DNA of 64,000 nt from positions 96,001 through 160,000 of IMG/VR virus record IMGVR_UViG_3300032285_004073, one strand, 5' to 3'. The stretch comes from a virus. Of this stretch, positions 9,965-19,485 are shown one piece after another. Under the pieces are notes generated by a model, which saw only the letters and a list, made by a program, of their open reading frames with translations, was not told where the DNA came from and ran no database searches. How positions within the stretch are numbered: position 1 is the stretch's first letter; each line of letters begins with the position of its first letter. Both the position numbers and the translations under genes were made by a program.

Positions 9965-10605
9965 GAAGTGACAGATTGTTCTTGATCTCTTAACTTTTTA
10001 GGAGCTGTAATAATAAATGAATTTAATACTTCTTTTAATTTATCCAATTCACCTGTGGTACGAGTAATATTGTCAGAAGATTTACGCATGATACCACGAA
10101 GTAAACTTCCAGCCTTATCATTATCTGATAAAAATTTGTGTAAAGAATCTATTTTAGGATCATTTAATCTAGCAGTAAATTCATCTAATATATTTGACCA
10201 CTTTTCAATTTCTTCAATATTTTTGCTTATAACTTCTGCCGGAATACCTTCAATTTCATATGCATCTTTTGGTGTTTCTGGTTCTAATGATTTTTCAAAA
10301 GCTTCTTTGTCAGATTCTGGAGTAAACTCTTCTGGAGTTTTTTCATCCGGTTCAGATTCTGGTGTAATTTCTTTTTCTTCTGCTTCGCCGATTAAATAAG
10401 ATAAAAATCTGCCAGCAAATGGAATTTCATAATTTTCCTCATGACAACAATTGCAATCTCCTATACATTTGCACATGGGTTTGTAATTTGAATCTAGTAT
10501 TCTTTTTACATCCTTTTCCACCTTTGAATTCTTAGCTGGTATAACATTTTTTACAGAATATTTTTTCTGTGCTTTAGGTTTAAATTTGACTTTCTTGTTG
10601 TTCAT
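9961..10605 (-). CDS. Hypothetical late protein with basic N-terminus, Cys/His cluster and acidic core
   Basis: 214 aa; CKCIGDCNCCH motif; TAAATA on the minus strand at 10623-10628. Confidence 0.7.
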   Translation of the reverse strand: MNNKKVKFKPKAQKKYSVKNVIPAKNSKVEKDVKRILDSNYKPMCKCIGDCNCCHEENYEIPFAGRFLSYLIGEAEEKEITPESEPDEKTPEEFTPESDKEAFEKSLEPETPKDAYEIEGIPAEVISKNIEEIEKWSNILDEFTARLNDPKIDSLHKFLSDNDKAGSLLRGIMRKSSDNITRTTGELDKLKEVLNSFIITAPKKLRDQEQSVTS

Positions 10606-10626
10606 CGTTAGAATATATACTATATT
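10598..10626 (+). promoter_or_regulatory. Sigma70-like promoter of the queC operon (TTGTTC-N17-TATATT)
   Basis: -10 ends 6 nt before ATG 10633. Confidence 0.5.
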
Positions 10627-10632
10627 TACCTT

Positions 10633-11349
10633 ATGAGTGTCAAAAAACCAAAAGCAATTGTAATTTATAGTGGTGGTTTAGATTCTACGTGTCTTTTATA
10701 TAAAATTCACAAAGATAGAGAAGTTATAGCATTAATCTTTAATTATGGACAAAGGCATTCCATTGAAATAGACAATGCAATTAATAACTGTAAGAAATTA
10801 GAAATACCATATAAGGTATTAGACATTTCTTTCTTTAAAGATATAGCATCTTCCTCTGCTTTATTGGATTATAATAAAGAAATTCCCAATATCAGGGATA
10901 TAGCAGGTCATGCCCAACCTCCGACCTATGTCCCTAATAGGAACATGATGTTTTTATCAATTGCCACAGCAGCTGCAGAGTCAGCAGGGGCAGATAAAGT
11001 TTATTATGGAGCAGCTGAGGTAGACACCCATAGTGGTCATTGGGATTGTTCTTTAGATTTTTTAAAATATATTAATGAAACTATTTCTCTTAATAGAGAA
11101 CATCAAATCAAAATAGAAGCACCTTATATAACATATTCTAAGGCAGATATTATTAAAGATGGTATTAGTAATAATGTAGATTTTAATAACACCCATACCT
11201 GTTATAAGGGTGAAGAAATTGCATGTGGCACTTGTACAGCATGTTCTTCTCGTATTCAAGGTTTTCTTGAGGCTGGATATATTGATCCTAAACAATATGT
11301 AATATCAGATAAAATACCATGGAAAGATCACAACTGCCAAATCGTATAA
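10633..11349 (+). CDS. queC: 7-cyano-7-deazaguanine (preQ0) synthase QueC
   Basis: SGGLDS PP-loop, FNYGQRH..E, TYVPNRNMMFLS, THTCY..ACGTCTAC..R zinc site. Confidence 0.95.
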   Translation: MSVKKPKAIVIYSGGLDSTCLLYKIHKDREVIALIFNYGQRHSIEIDNAINNCKKLEIPYKVLDISFFKDIASSSALLDYNKEIPNIRDIAGHAQPPTYVPNRNMMFLSIATAAAESAGADKVYYGAAEVDTHSGHWDCSLDFLKYINETISLNREHQIKIEAPYITYSKADIIKDGISNNVDFNNTHTCYKGEEIACGTCTACSSRIQGFLEAGYIDPKQYVISDKIPWKDHNCQIV

Positions 11350-12008
11350 AAACACAGCATATTGTTTGTGCTACACCTCTTTCTCTAGAAGATTTTTATG
11401 AGAAAAGCCAATTGGGTTTATTTATAGACAAATATAATTTCCAAAAACAAAGCACAATAGTAGCTAACAACAAAGAAGGATTGCCTAAAGTTTACAATTC
11501 TTTTATAACTGAAGAAAACAGAGACAAAAATATTATATTTGTTCATGATGATGTTCTTATAGAAGATCTTTTCTTTGCCGAGAAATTAGAAATTGCTTTT
11601 GAGAAATATGATATTATAGGATTAGCTGGTTCTAAGGTTTGTGATTTAGATAGCATTAACCCGGCTTGGCATCAAATGTGTGAAAAGAAAGACATGGTCG
11701 GAGAAGTAGCACATGCTCATAATAAAAAAGTATGGACTTCTGTATTTGGACCTACAGATTCTAGAGCCCTTATTCTTGATGGATTGTTTATAGGTGTCAA
11801 TGTTGCTCGCTTATTAAAAACACAAACATTTTTTGATGAGGATTTTGATTTTCACCATTATGATATTTCTTTTTGTTTAAAAGCCAATGCTAATAAATTA
11901 AAAATGGGTGTAGCTCCGATCAGGGTTATTCATTTTGGATTAGGTGATAGTATGAATACAAAAGAATGGAGAGAGAGTGCAGCTCGTTTTAAATTAAAGT
12001 ATAATTGA
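11319..12008 (+). CDS. GT-A fold glycosyltransferase (GT2-like)
   Basis: GLPKVYN, IIFVHDDV (DxD-type), IIGLAG, LILDGLFI, FDEDFDFHHYDISFCL motifs. Confidence 0.8.
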   Translation: MERSQLPNRIKTQHIVCATPLSLEDFYEKSQLGLFIDKYNFQKQSTIVANNKEGLPKVYNSFITEENRDKNIIFVHDDVLIEDLFFAEKLEIAFEKYDIIGLAGSKVCDLDSINPAWHQMCEKKDMVGEVAHAHNKKVWTSVFGPTDSRALILDGLFIGVNVARLLKTQTFFDEDFDFHHYDISFCLKANANKLKMGVAPIRVIHFGLGDSMNTKEWRESAARFKLKYN

Positions 12009-12011
12009 TTT

Positions 12012-12665
12012 ATGTGCGGAATATACGGAAATATAAATCATGCTGAATTTTATAGACTTTACAAATTAAATAAATCTCGTGGCAGTTATAGTACTGGGTT
12101 TCTTTTTATTGATAATAAAGAATATGAAGTGAAGAAAACCAATGAAGATGTTTCTTATTATCCTATAGCTTTAAAAAAATATTATTTAGGACATAACAGA
12201 GCCCCTACTACAGATGAAAATGGCAAAGGATTGACTGGTTGTCACCCTTTTATCTATGGTAAAGCTATAGCAGCTCATAATGGTATTATTTCCAATACAG
12301 ATATTTTAGAAAATGAATATAAAATTAAATTTGATGTAGATAGTCAATGGATACCTTTTCTTTATGATTATTTTAAAAGGAATAATAATCAATCAGAAAA
12401 TGCATTCCGTCTCGCTTTATTGGAATTAGAAGGAACATATGGAATTTGGCTTTATGATATAGATGAAGAAATTGTATTTGTATCAAGAAGTGATAATACA
12501 GTTTACTGGGATGATGAAAAAATATCCTTTACATCCATTAGAGATGATATGCATAAAAATTTAATGCCGCAGGGCGCTATTTACAAAAAAGAAAATAATG
12601 AACCGTTTAAAGATATAAACGAAAACAATAGGTTGAATATTAAACAGAAGTATTTTATTATATAA
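12012..12665 (+). CDS. Class II (Ntn) glutamine amidotransferase
   Basis: N-terminal MCGIYG (Cys2 nucleophile), RG, GHNRAPT, CHPF, AHNGIISN, DVDSQ. Confidence 0.88.
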   Translation: MCGIYGNINHAEFYRLYKLNKSRGSYSTGFLFIDNKEYEVKKTNEDVSYYPIALKKYYLGHNRAPTTDENGKGLTGCHPFIYGKAIAAHNGIISNTDILENEYKIKFDVDSQWIPFLYDYFKRNNNQSENAFRLALLELEGTYGIWLYDIDEEIVFVSRSDNTVYWDDEKISFTSIRDDMHKNLMPQGAIYKKENNEPFKDINENNRLNIKQKYFII

Positions 12666-12668
12666 GTT

Positions 12669-13238
12669 ATGAGTTATTTTAAACAAGATTACAATGGTGA
12701 TTTAATCCACAAGAGATTTGGATACGAGCATTTTAAAAAAGATTATAATCCCTTAGGAGTTATTATTGCCTTTAGAGGCAATATGGATGTTACAACCAAT
12801 CTCATTGATTTAGAAGATAAAATTAATAATGATTTTATTTATTCAGATGATGCTTTAAACTTTTGCTGGGAAATCCCTAATATTTGTCCTATCGGTGCAG
12901 TTTTCTTTCAGAGACTTTTTGCTCGTTATATCGGAGATGAATTAGCTAGCGGTCGTTATGGAAAATTAAATGTTAAGGTAGATGGAGATGATATAATGAT
13001 CATTAGACCAGGCGACGCAAAGTACGGCAAAGCTAGTGTTAGTATTACTATGGTTACTAATAATGCAGCAGTAGGACATCTTGGTTTAAATATTAAAGCA
13101 GGACCTAAGGCTCCTACCTTTGCATTTTCACTCTTATTAGATGATGCAGATACTGCTTGGCTAACCAATAGAGTTAAAGAAATATTTTATGAGACTATTA
13201 AAGATTGTTTCACCGCCACTACAAAGGTTTGTGTTTAA
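12669..13238 (+). CDS. DUF366 family protein (biotin/lipoate ligase-like fold)
   Basis: YNG, FRGNMDV, DLED, QRL, GDD, KASVSI, HLGLN match the DUF366 pattern as I recall it. Confidence 0.8.
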   Translation: MSYFKQDYNGDLIHKRFGYEHFKKDYNPLGVIIAFRGNMDVTTNLIDLEDKINNDFIYSDDALNFCWEIPNICPIGAVFFQRLFARYIGDELASGRYGKLNVKVDGDDIMIIRPGDAKYGKASVSITMVTNNAAVGHLGLNIKAGPKAPTFAFSLLLDDADTAWLTNRVKEIFYETIKDCFTATTKVCV

Positions 13239-13630
13239 TGGTTAAGAAAAATATCATAGACGGATTATTTCCATTATTGGATTGGATTCTTAAAAAGAAA
13301 GGTAAATTACCTACAGACGTTAATTTACCAGGAACATTTATTATTAATAGATGGTTATCTATGGCAGATTCTTCATCTGCTCAAATTATTAATGCAACCA
13401 CTAATAGATGGATTAATAAAACAGAATTAACTAAAGAAAATATTTTATTATATAAATTTTATTATTCAGTTTTACCCAAATCGTTTAAAAAAATTTTTTA
13501 TATTAAAAAGCCTACCAAAGAGCAACAAGCAGAAGATTTAACAGGAATAGCATCAGCCATGGAATGCTCCACCAGAGAAATAGAATGTTATAACAAAACC
13601 CTTGCAGAATTAAAGAAGAATCTTAAATAG
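13238..13630 (+). CDS. gp62: Clamp loader small subunit (T4 gp62-like)
   Basis: FPLLDWILKKK, FIINRWLSM, YIKKP, C-terminal STREI..Y; start taken at ATG 13238 (TAATG coupling) rather than 13205. Confidence 0.65.
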   Translation: MVKKNIIDGLFPLLDWILKKKGKLPTDVNLPGTFIINRWLSMADSSSAQIINATTNRWINKTELTKENILLYKFYYSVLPKSFKKIFYIKKPTKEQQAEDLTGIASAMECSTREIECYNKTLAELKKNLK

Positions 13631-13637
13631 ACAATAT

Positions 13638-14033
13638 ATGATAGAAAGACCACAACAAGAAGATAGAATTCATGGACTAGTACAAATAGATAATTACAAA
13701 GGTAATTCCTTAGAATTGGATGACTGGACTTTGACCAAAGTCATGGATGATATCATTATGGTGCAATATATTGATATTAGTGAGGACGGCACTGAGGTCA
13801 ATCGCAATGGTATTTGGTTGCCTATTAATGCAGTCAATCATGTTTGGAGAATAGGCAGAGTTATATTAGCAGGACCTAATTGTAAAACAGTAAAAGAAGG
13901 AGATAATATTGTATTCCCAAATGATAAAGGCATACAAGTTTCGAGTTTAAATGATTTGAAGCATATTGTTTTCTTGAATGAAGCTCGCATATTTGGAGTA
14001 TGCGAACCTAAAAAGCGTAAGAAAACTAAGTGA
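13638..14033 (+). CDS. GroES/gp31-like co-chaperonin
   Basis: DDIIMV, NGIWLP, GRVILAGPNCKTVKEGDNIVF, VFLNEARIFG. Confidence 0.8.
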   Translation: MIERPQQEDRIHGLVQIDNYKGNSLELDDWTLTKVMDDIIMVQYIDISEDGTEVNRNGIWLPINAVNHVWRIGRVILAGPNCKTVKEGDNIVFPNDKGIQVSSLNDLKHIVFLNEARIFGVCEPKKRKKTK

Positions 14034-14413
14034 AACTTTCTTTAGGTGGTTTAAAAACTTTATGTGAAACTAATGTGGTTGAAATTAAATTTCAACGCCG
14101 CTTAATAGTTTCAGGAAAACCGCCTACAAGAAGAATATTAGCAACTTTAGATCGAAAGATTTTAGATTCTAAATTAGGTAGAGATATTTTACATTTCAAA
14201 CAACCAACTCAATCACCAGCCTACAACACAGCTGCAAAAGGGTTATTAACTGTTTGGGATATTTTATATCAAAATTGGAGAAACATACCTGTAGCTAATT
14301 GTGACGTTGTTTCAGTTATACCTTCCACGCCACCAGAAAAATTTTGGGAATATTTTAATAAAACAATAGCTAATATGTCTGCGGCACAGAAAGCTGCGTT
14401 TATGGATAAATAA
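14030..14413 (+). CDS. Conserved T4-like hypothetical protein (SH3/DUF2693-like)
   Basis: VVEIKFQRR..RRILATL..LTVWDI..NWRNIP pattern; GTG start. Confidence 0.55.
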   Translation: MKLSLGGLKTLCETNVVEIKFQRRLIVSGKPPTRRILATLDRKILDSKLGRDILHFKQPTQSPAYNTAAKGLLTVWDILYQNWRNIPVANCDVVSVIPSTPPEKFWEYFNKTIANMSAAQKAAFMDK

Positions 14414-14414
14414 A

Positions 14415-14771
14415 ATGAATATCAACGGAACAATTATAGAAGATGCTTGTAAATTTTTATTACAAAAAAAGATAACATTAGAATTTGGAAACAAAATTTA
14501 TAAACAAGGTAAATTTATTCTTTTTTATCAAAAGAATTTTTATATTATGTTTATAATAGATACACAACGCAAAGAAAAAGAAAAAATTGAAATCCCCATT
14601 CCCTATGACGTTGAAATTCACAAGGAGGACGGATTAATATATTTTGATTACCGAATTAAAACATTAGCAAAACATGCACCAGAAATTGAAAATTATCTTA
14701 GAGTATATCCAAACAAAACTTCTGGTAATAGGTTTTGGGATTCGATTTTAACCATTAATACCAATGAATAA
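14415..14771 (+). CDS. Hypothetical protein
   Basis: 118-aa ORF, tightly coupled to neighbours. Confidence 0.75.
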   Translation: MNINGTIIEDACKFLLQKKITLEFGNKIYKQGKFILFYQKNFYIMFIIDTQRKEKEKIEIPIPYDVEIHKEDGLIYFDYRIKTLAKHAPEIENYLRVYPNKTSGNRFWDSILTINTNE

Positions 14772-15009
14772 AATATTAATATATAGTGCCTTTTCTGGAA
14801 CCTATTATGAGATTCTAGAATCAGACATTTCTTTATTAGATATCGGTCAAATACCACTTCTTAATAAACCTAAATCAAATTGTAATAAATGTCAAGGCCG
14901 CGGTCATACAGGCAGAGACACTCAAAATTACACTTATGCAGTATGTTCCTGCGTGAGAAAAGTCATAAACTTTAATATAATTAAGAGTGCAGAAAATATT
15001 AAACTCTAA
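14764..15009 (+). CDS. Small zinc-ribbon protein
   Basis: CNKCQGRG (DnaJ-type half site) plus CSC. Confidence 0.6.
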   Translation: MNKILIYSAFSGTYYEILESDISLLDIGQIPLLNKPKSNCNKCQGRGHTGRDTQNYTYAVCSCVRKVINFNIIKSAENIKL

Positions 15010-16657
15010 ATTTCTTCAAACCTTTTCAGGTACACCTCGTCCCCAGCAGATAGAGGCTTTAGGAAAAATAGAGAAAGCTTTTGAAGCCGGTAAAAAATAT
15101 GTAATAGCTTGTTTGCCTACAGGATCTGGTAAATCTCATATAGGAGTTGCAGTAGCGGCTTCTGCAAAAAAAATAGATAAAGAGCGTAAAGATATTTTAG
15201 AAAATTATGGTATCTATAAAAGAGATCGTAATGGTGGATATCTTTATGAATCAGATTTCTTAGACAAGCCATCTTATGGAAGTTTTATTTTTACAGTTAC
15301 CAAATCCCTACAAGATCAATACCAAGAACTTTTTAAAGACATTGTTTTAGGTAAAGGTAAAAATAATTACATTTGTGATGTAGATCAAAACCTTACAGTA
15401 GACTTTGCTCCGTGCATGTTCTCTGCCAATTTAAGAGAAGATTGTTTTAGCAAAAATAGATGTCCTTATTACAAGAGCCGCAATGAGTCTCTAATGTCAC
15501 AATACTCGGTTTTAAATTACAAGTACCTGATAAATCTTCCCCCTTATTTAAGAAAAAGAGAGATTTATATTTGTGATGAAGCTAGTGAAATAGAAGATGA
15601 ATTGGTAGGACAATATTCAGTAACTATTTCTTATGCATTTCTTGCAGCAGAAAATATAATGTTTAAGAAAATTATTTCAGATGACTCAGATGAAGCTGGT
15701 AGGTGGTTACAGGATATTTATATTCAGCTTAAAAATGAATTAGCAGATTTGAAACATAAAGTGTCTTTAATGTCACAAAAGAAAAATTCTTTTTCTGGTC
15801 TACAATTTAAGCAAATGCAAAGGCTTAGTAAAATGACTGGTATGGTTAATACTATAGGAGATGCAGTTGAGTCTTGGCATGAATGTGAATACATGATTGA
15901 AAAGAAAGATTCAGAATCAGTTACTTTTACACCTTATGATATTAAACCTCTAGCAAAAAGAATATTTGATGGTGCAGACAAAGTTTTAATGATGTCCGCC
16001 ACTATTAGTAATCCAAAAGAATTTGCAAAAAGCTTGGGTATTAAAGAAAATGATTTTGAATATATTGAAGTAGCTTCAACCTTTGATCCTAAAAAATCCC
16101 CCATTTACTGTTCTACAAAATATAGTCTTTCTTACAATAATATGGTCAAGGACCTCCCGAAGGTTTTAGATATGGCTTTAACTGTTTGCGACAACCACAA
16201 AGGGGAAAAAGGCATTATTCATACTCATACAAATCAAATTACAGAATCTTTAAAAAAGAAAAGTAAAAATAAAAATAGACAATTTCTTTTTAGGGAAGTC
16301 GGGTCATCCAATGAAGATATAGTTAAAGCTCATAAAGATGATATTAATAACGACACAATTTTAGTAAGTCCCTCCTTAGATACGGGTCTAAGTCTTGATG
16401 GAGATCTGGGAAGATTTCAAATTATAATCAAAGCACCTTATTTGCCGTTGGGCTCAAAAAGAATTAAAAAGCTCTTTGAAAAGAATAAAGAGCATTATTC
16501 CATGAAGATGTTAGATTCTTTGATTCAAATGTCAGGTAGATGCACCAGATCCATAGACGATCATTCAACTACCTATATCTTAGATGGGGTTGCAGTCAAG
16601 GCTATTATGGCCAATAAAAGAAATTTACCTAAACATTTTCTAGATCGTTTCGTCTAA
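14987..16657 (+). CDS. DinG/XPD-like SF2 helicase with a putative Fe-S cluster
   Basis: Q-motif PRPQQ, PTGSGKS, four Cys (C..C..C..CPYY), DEASE, MSAT, IIKAPY, QMSGRCTRS. Confidence 0.85.
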   Translation: MQKILNSKFLQTFSGTPRPQQIEALGKIEKAFEAGKKYVIACLPTGSGKSHIGVAVAASAKKIDKERKDILENYGIYKRDRNGGYLYESDFLDKPSYGSFIFTVTKSLQDQYQELFKDIVLGKGKNNYICDVDQNLTVDFAPCMFSANLREDCFSKNRCPYYKSRNESLMSQYSVLNYKYLINLPPYLRKREIYICDEASEIEDELVGQYSVTISYAFLAAENIMFKKIISDDSDEAGRWLQDIYIQLKNELADLKHKVSLMSQKKNSFSGLQFKQMQRLSKMTGMVNTIGDAVESWHECEYMIEKKDSESVTFTPYDIKPLAKRIFDGADKVLMMSATISNPKEFAKSLGIKENDFEYIEVASTFDPKKSPIYCSTKYSLSYNNMVKDLPKVLDMALTVCDNHKGEKGIIHTHTNQITESLKKKSKNKNRQFLFREVGSSNEDIVKAHKDDINNDTILVSPSLDTGLSLDGDLGRFQIIIKAPYLPLGSKRIKKLFEKNKEHYSMKMLDSLIQMSGRCTRSIDDHSTTYILDGVAVKAIMANKRNLPKHFLDRFV

Positions 16658-16668
16658 GTATTAGACGG

Positions 16669-17367
16669 ATGCAAAATTATACCTTTGGATTTGAAATACA
16701 AACCATATTAGAACAATTTGTAGGAGCTTTTAATGATATTATTATTAAAAGATATGATAATACAAAAACCTTAACTACACCTACATCTGGAATTGGTGTA
16801 AAATTTGTATATGCCCCTAAACAAAGAGTCTATGAAGCAATTAACACTCCAGCTCCTGGTGGTATAACACTTCCAGTAGTATCTGTTAATATAACTAATT
16901 TATCCAGAGATAACTCTAGAGTTTTTAACAAATTAGAAGGATTTGCTATAGAAACTGGATCTCATTATAATAGATCTGGTGTATTACAGCATATACCGCA
17001 ACCAGTACCGGTTAATATCGGAGTTAATATGACTATTGTCACAAAATTTCAATCAGACATGGATCAAATTATTAGCAATTTTGTTCCATACTGTGATCCT
17101 TATATTATTATCTCTTGGAAATTGCCATCCCCTTCTAAATCGACAGTTCCTTATGAATTAAGAACTGAAGTATTATGGAATGGAACCATCAATACGACTT
17201 ATCCAACAGAATTAAATAATACACAAGCTCAAAGATTGGTAGCAGAAACTTCATTTACTATTAAAGGCTGGTTATTTAAGAATGTTAACGAAACAATAAA
17301 TCGTATATATACTATAAATTCAGATTTTACTACAGATAATAATACTTCTATTTTTGATACTCTTTAA
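16669..17367 (+). CDS. gp15: Tail completion/sheath stabiliser (T4 gp15-like)
   Basis: FNDIIIKR, YAPKQR, LPVVS, PVPVNI..M.I.TK..SDMDQII..PY. Confidence 0.85.
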   Translation: MQNYTFGFEIQTILEQFVGAFNDIIIKRYDNTKTLTTPTSGIGVKFVYAPKQRVYEAINTPAPGGITLPVVSVNITNLSRDNSRVFNKLEGFAIETGSHYNRSGVLQHIPQPVPVNIGVNMTIVTKFQSDMDQIISNFVPYCDPYIIISWKLPSPSKSTVPYELRTEVLWNGTINTTYPTELNNTQAQRLVAETSFTIKGWLFKNVNETINRIYTINSDFTTDNNTSIFDTL

Positions 17368-17390
17368 TTTTAAGGATAAGTAATATTATA

Positions 17391-18269
17391 ATGGATCCAG
17401 TATTACCTAATAGTTTTCACGGTTCTTCTACATTTGCACCTAAAATCACCACATATGATGCTTTAGCTCAAAGAGTAAGAAGATCTTTAGGAGAACCTTT
17501 AATTCAAATAGAAGTTAGTAGTGAGCAAATGTATGAAAACATAGATTATGCTTGCGAGTATTTTACTAAATTTGCAGGTACTACGGAAGAATTTTTAATT
17601 TTTAGATCAGATCTTTATGTCCCTGGAGTAGGACTTCCGGTAGGAAGATTAATGAATATTACTCCTCAATTATATAATTCAGCTAATCCAGATTCTGCCA
17701 CCGCAAGTGTAAGTGCTGGATGGGATATGGATAGAAATGCTTATAGACCAGTTGTTGATGTCTATTCATTCGCAGAGGGTAATAATACAGGTGTTAATAC
17801 TTTGTTTACTATAGAGCATACAATTGCTCAACAAGCATATTTTGGTCATCTTCTCGGTAATGTTGGTTATGATCTTATTACTTGGCAAGCTCTCAAAGGA
17901 TGGTTGGATACAAGAGACAAAGTTTTAGCCTTAACACCTTATATGCGTTTTGATCCTTATAATCAAGTATTAAAACTCATACCAGAACCACAAACACTTC
18001 CTCCTTATTACGGATTAATTGGTTGTCATATGCAATTACCTATTAAAGACATTGTCAGCCAATTATGGGTTTATAGATATGTGTTAGCTTTGACTAAAAT
18101 AAGTGTAGCTCATGTAAGAAGCAAATATGCCGGAACTAATATTTTTGGCGGACAAACAGTTAATGCTACAGATCTTTTCAGACAAGGAGAAAAGGAAAAA
18201 GACGAATTAGAAGCAGAACTTAAGAAGGAAATGGTTGATACCTTGCCTCCTAAATTCTTTATTGGATAA
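17391..18269 (+). CDS. gp13: Neck protein (T4 gp13-like)
   Basis: RRSLGEPLIQIEV..Q..ENID.A, WVYRYVLALTK..KY, GGQTVNA..L. Confidence 0.88.
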   Translation: MDPVLPNSFHGSSTFAPKITTYDALAQRVRRSLGEPLIQIEVSSEQMYENIDYACEYFTKFAGTTEEFLIFRSDLYVPGVGLPVGRLMNITPQLYNSANPDSATASVSAGWDMDRNAYRPVVDVYSFAEGNNTGVNTLFTIEHTIAQQAYFGHLLGNVGYDLITWQALKGWLDTRDKVLALTPYMRFDPYNQVLKLIPEPQTLPPYYGLIGCHMQLPIKDIVSQLWVYRYVLALTKISVAHVRSKYAGTNIFGGQTVNATDLFRQGEKEKDELEAELKKEMVDTLPPKFFIG

Positions 18270-18271
18270 TT

Positions 18272-18736
18272 TTGAAAATTCCAATTAAAAAGAAAAATAG
18301 AAAGTTTCTGCAAGGAACTTTTAATGCTCGTAATATAAACAAATACAAAGGTTCTTTACCTATTATATATAGAAGTTCTTTGGAACTAGCAGCTTTTCGT
18401 TGGATGGATAATAACCCTAATGTAATTTCTTGGGGTTCAGAATCTGTGATTATACCTTATCAATCACCTTTAGATGGAAGAGTTCACAGGTATTTTGTTG
18501 ATTTAGTTGCCTTGTTAAAAGATAAAGATGGAATTGATAAAAAACTTTTGATAGAAATTAAACCTTCTAAACAAACAGTCAAACCAATTGTTTCTGATCG
18601 CAAGAGTAATAAAACAATGATATATGAACAAACTCAATTTGTTCTTAATCAAGCCAAGTGGTCTGCAGCAGAGCAATGGGCTAAAAATAAAGGTTATATC
18701 TTTTTAATTTTAACAGAAAAAGATTTAATTCAGTGA
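18272..18736 (+). CDS. gp4: Head completion nuclease (T4 gp4-like)
   Basis: NKYKG, YRSSLE, WGSE, IPY.SP.DGRVHRYFVD, IEIKP, NQAKW.AA; TTG start. Confidence 0.92.
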   Translation: MKIPIKKKNRKFLQGTFNARNINKYKGSLPIIYRSSLELAAFRWMDNNPNVISWGSESVIIPYQSPLDGRVHRYFVDLVALLKDKDGIDKKLLIEIKPSKQTVKPIVSDRKSNKTMIYEQTQFVLNQAKWSAAEQWAKNKGYIFLILTEKDLIQ

Positions 18737-18752
18737 TTGTGACGACTCGGAG

Positions 18753-18760
18753 TATAAATA
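18753..18760 (+). promoter_or_regulatory. T4-type late promoter TATAAATA
   Basis: Exact T4 late consensus upstream of gp21. Confidence 0.7.
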
Positions 18761-18776
18761 TTTCCAGTAAATTATT

Positions 18777-19451
18777 ATGAGTCAAAATGTTTATCGTCTT
18801 TTAGTAGAGGAACCCACCTATGAGGTCAAGTATCTTATAGAAGAAAAAAACAGAAACACTCCTTCCATCCTCCATATTGAAGGAGATTTCTTAATGGCCA
18901 ATGAGCCTAATAGAAATAAAAGAGTTTATCCGTTAGAAGAAATGGCTAAAGAAGTTTCTCGTTATGAAAAAGATATGATTTTAAATAACAGGGCTACCGG
19001 TGAATTAAATCACCCTAATGAACCAGAAATTAATTTAGAGAGAGTTTGTCATATGGTGACCTCTCTTAGACAAGAGGGAAATATTTTTAAAGGTAAGTCT
19101 CGTGTGCTTTCCACACCTATGGGTCAAATAGTCCGTTCATTAATTATGGATGGTGTTAAACTCGGTGTTTCCAGTAGAGCTCTTGGGCGATTAGAGCCAG
19201 ATGGCAACGGCACCAATAGAGTTGCTGATTTTAAATTAGTTGCAGTCGATGTTGTAGCCGATCCTTCTGTACCATCTGCTTTTGTAAATGGTATTTTAGA
19301 ATCCAAACAATGGATTTTAGCCGATGATGGTAAATTTGCTCCTGTATATGATAAATTTGAAAAGAGCATATCATCTTTGCCTAAGAAACTCACAGATCAA
19401 TACCTCAGAGAGCAAGTCATTAATTTTATTAATGCATTAAAAACTCTTTAA
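18777..19451 (+). CDS. gp21: Prohead core protease (T4 gp21-like)
   Basis: NRNKRVYP, GELNHP, ERVCH, TPMGQIV, GVSSRALG, DVVADPS. Confidence 0.96.
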   Translation: MSQNVYRLLVEEPTYEVKYLIEEKNRNTPSILHIEGDFLMANEPNRNKRVYPLEEMAKEVSRYEKDMILNNRATGELNHPNEPEINLERVCHMVTSLRQEGNIFKGKSRVLSTPMGQIVRSLIMDGVKLGVSSRALGRLEPDGNGTNRVADFKLVAVDVVADPSVPSAFVNGILESKQWILADDGKFAPVYDKFEKSISSLPKKLTDQYLREQVINFINALKTL

Positions 19452-19485
19452 TTTACATTGTCTAAGGGTAAATAAATAATATAAC

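Noticed and set aside
10633-12665. QatABCD or type IV CBASS defence island
   Set aside because: QueC looks canonical, and there is no KAP ATPase, TatD, cyclase or TGT next to it; a biosynthetic or modification role fits better, although not proven.
18272-18736. TnsA-like endonuclease as a sign of a Tn7-like transposon
   Set aside because: Motifs and position between gp13 and gp21 fit the T4 gp4 head-completion nuclease; no TnsB/C and no terminal repeats.
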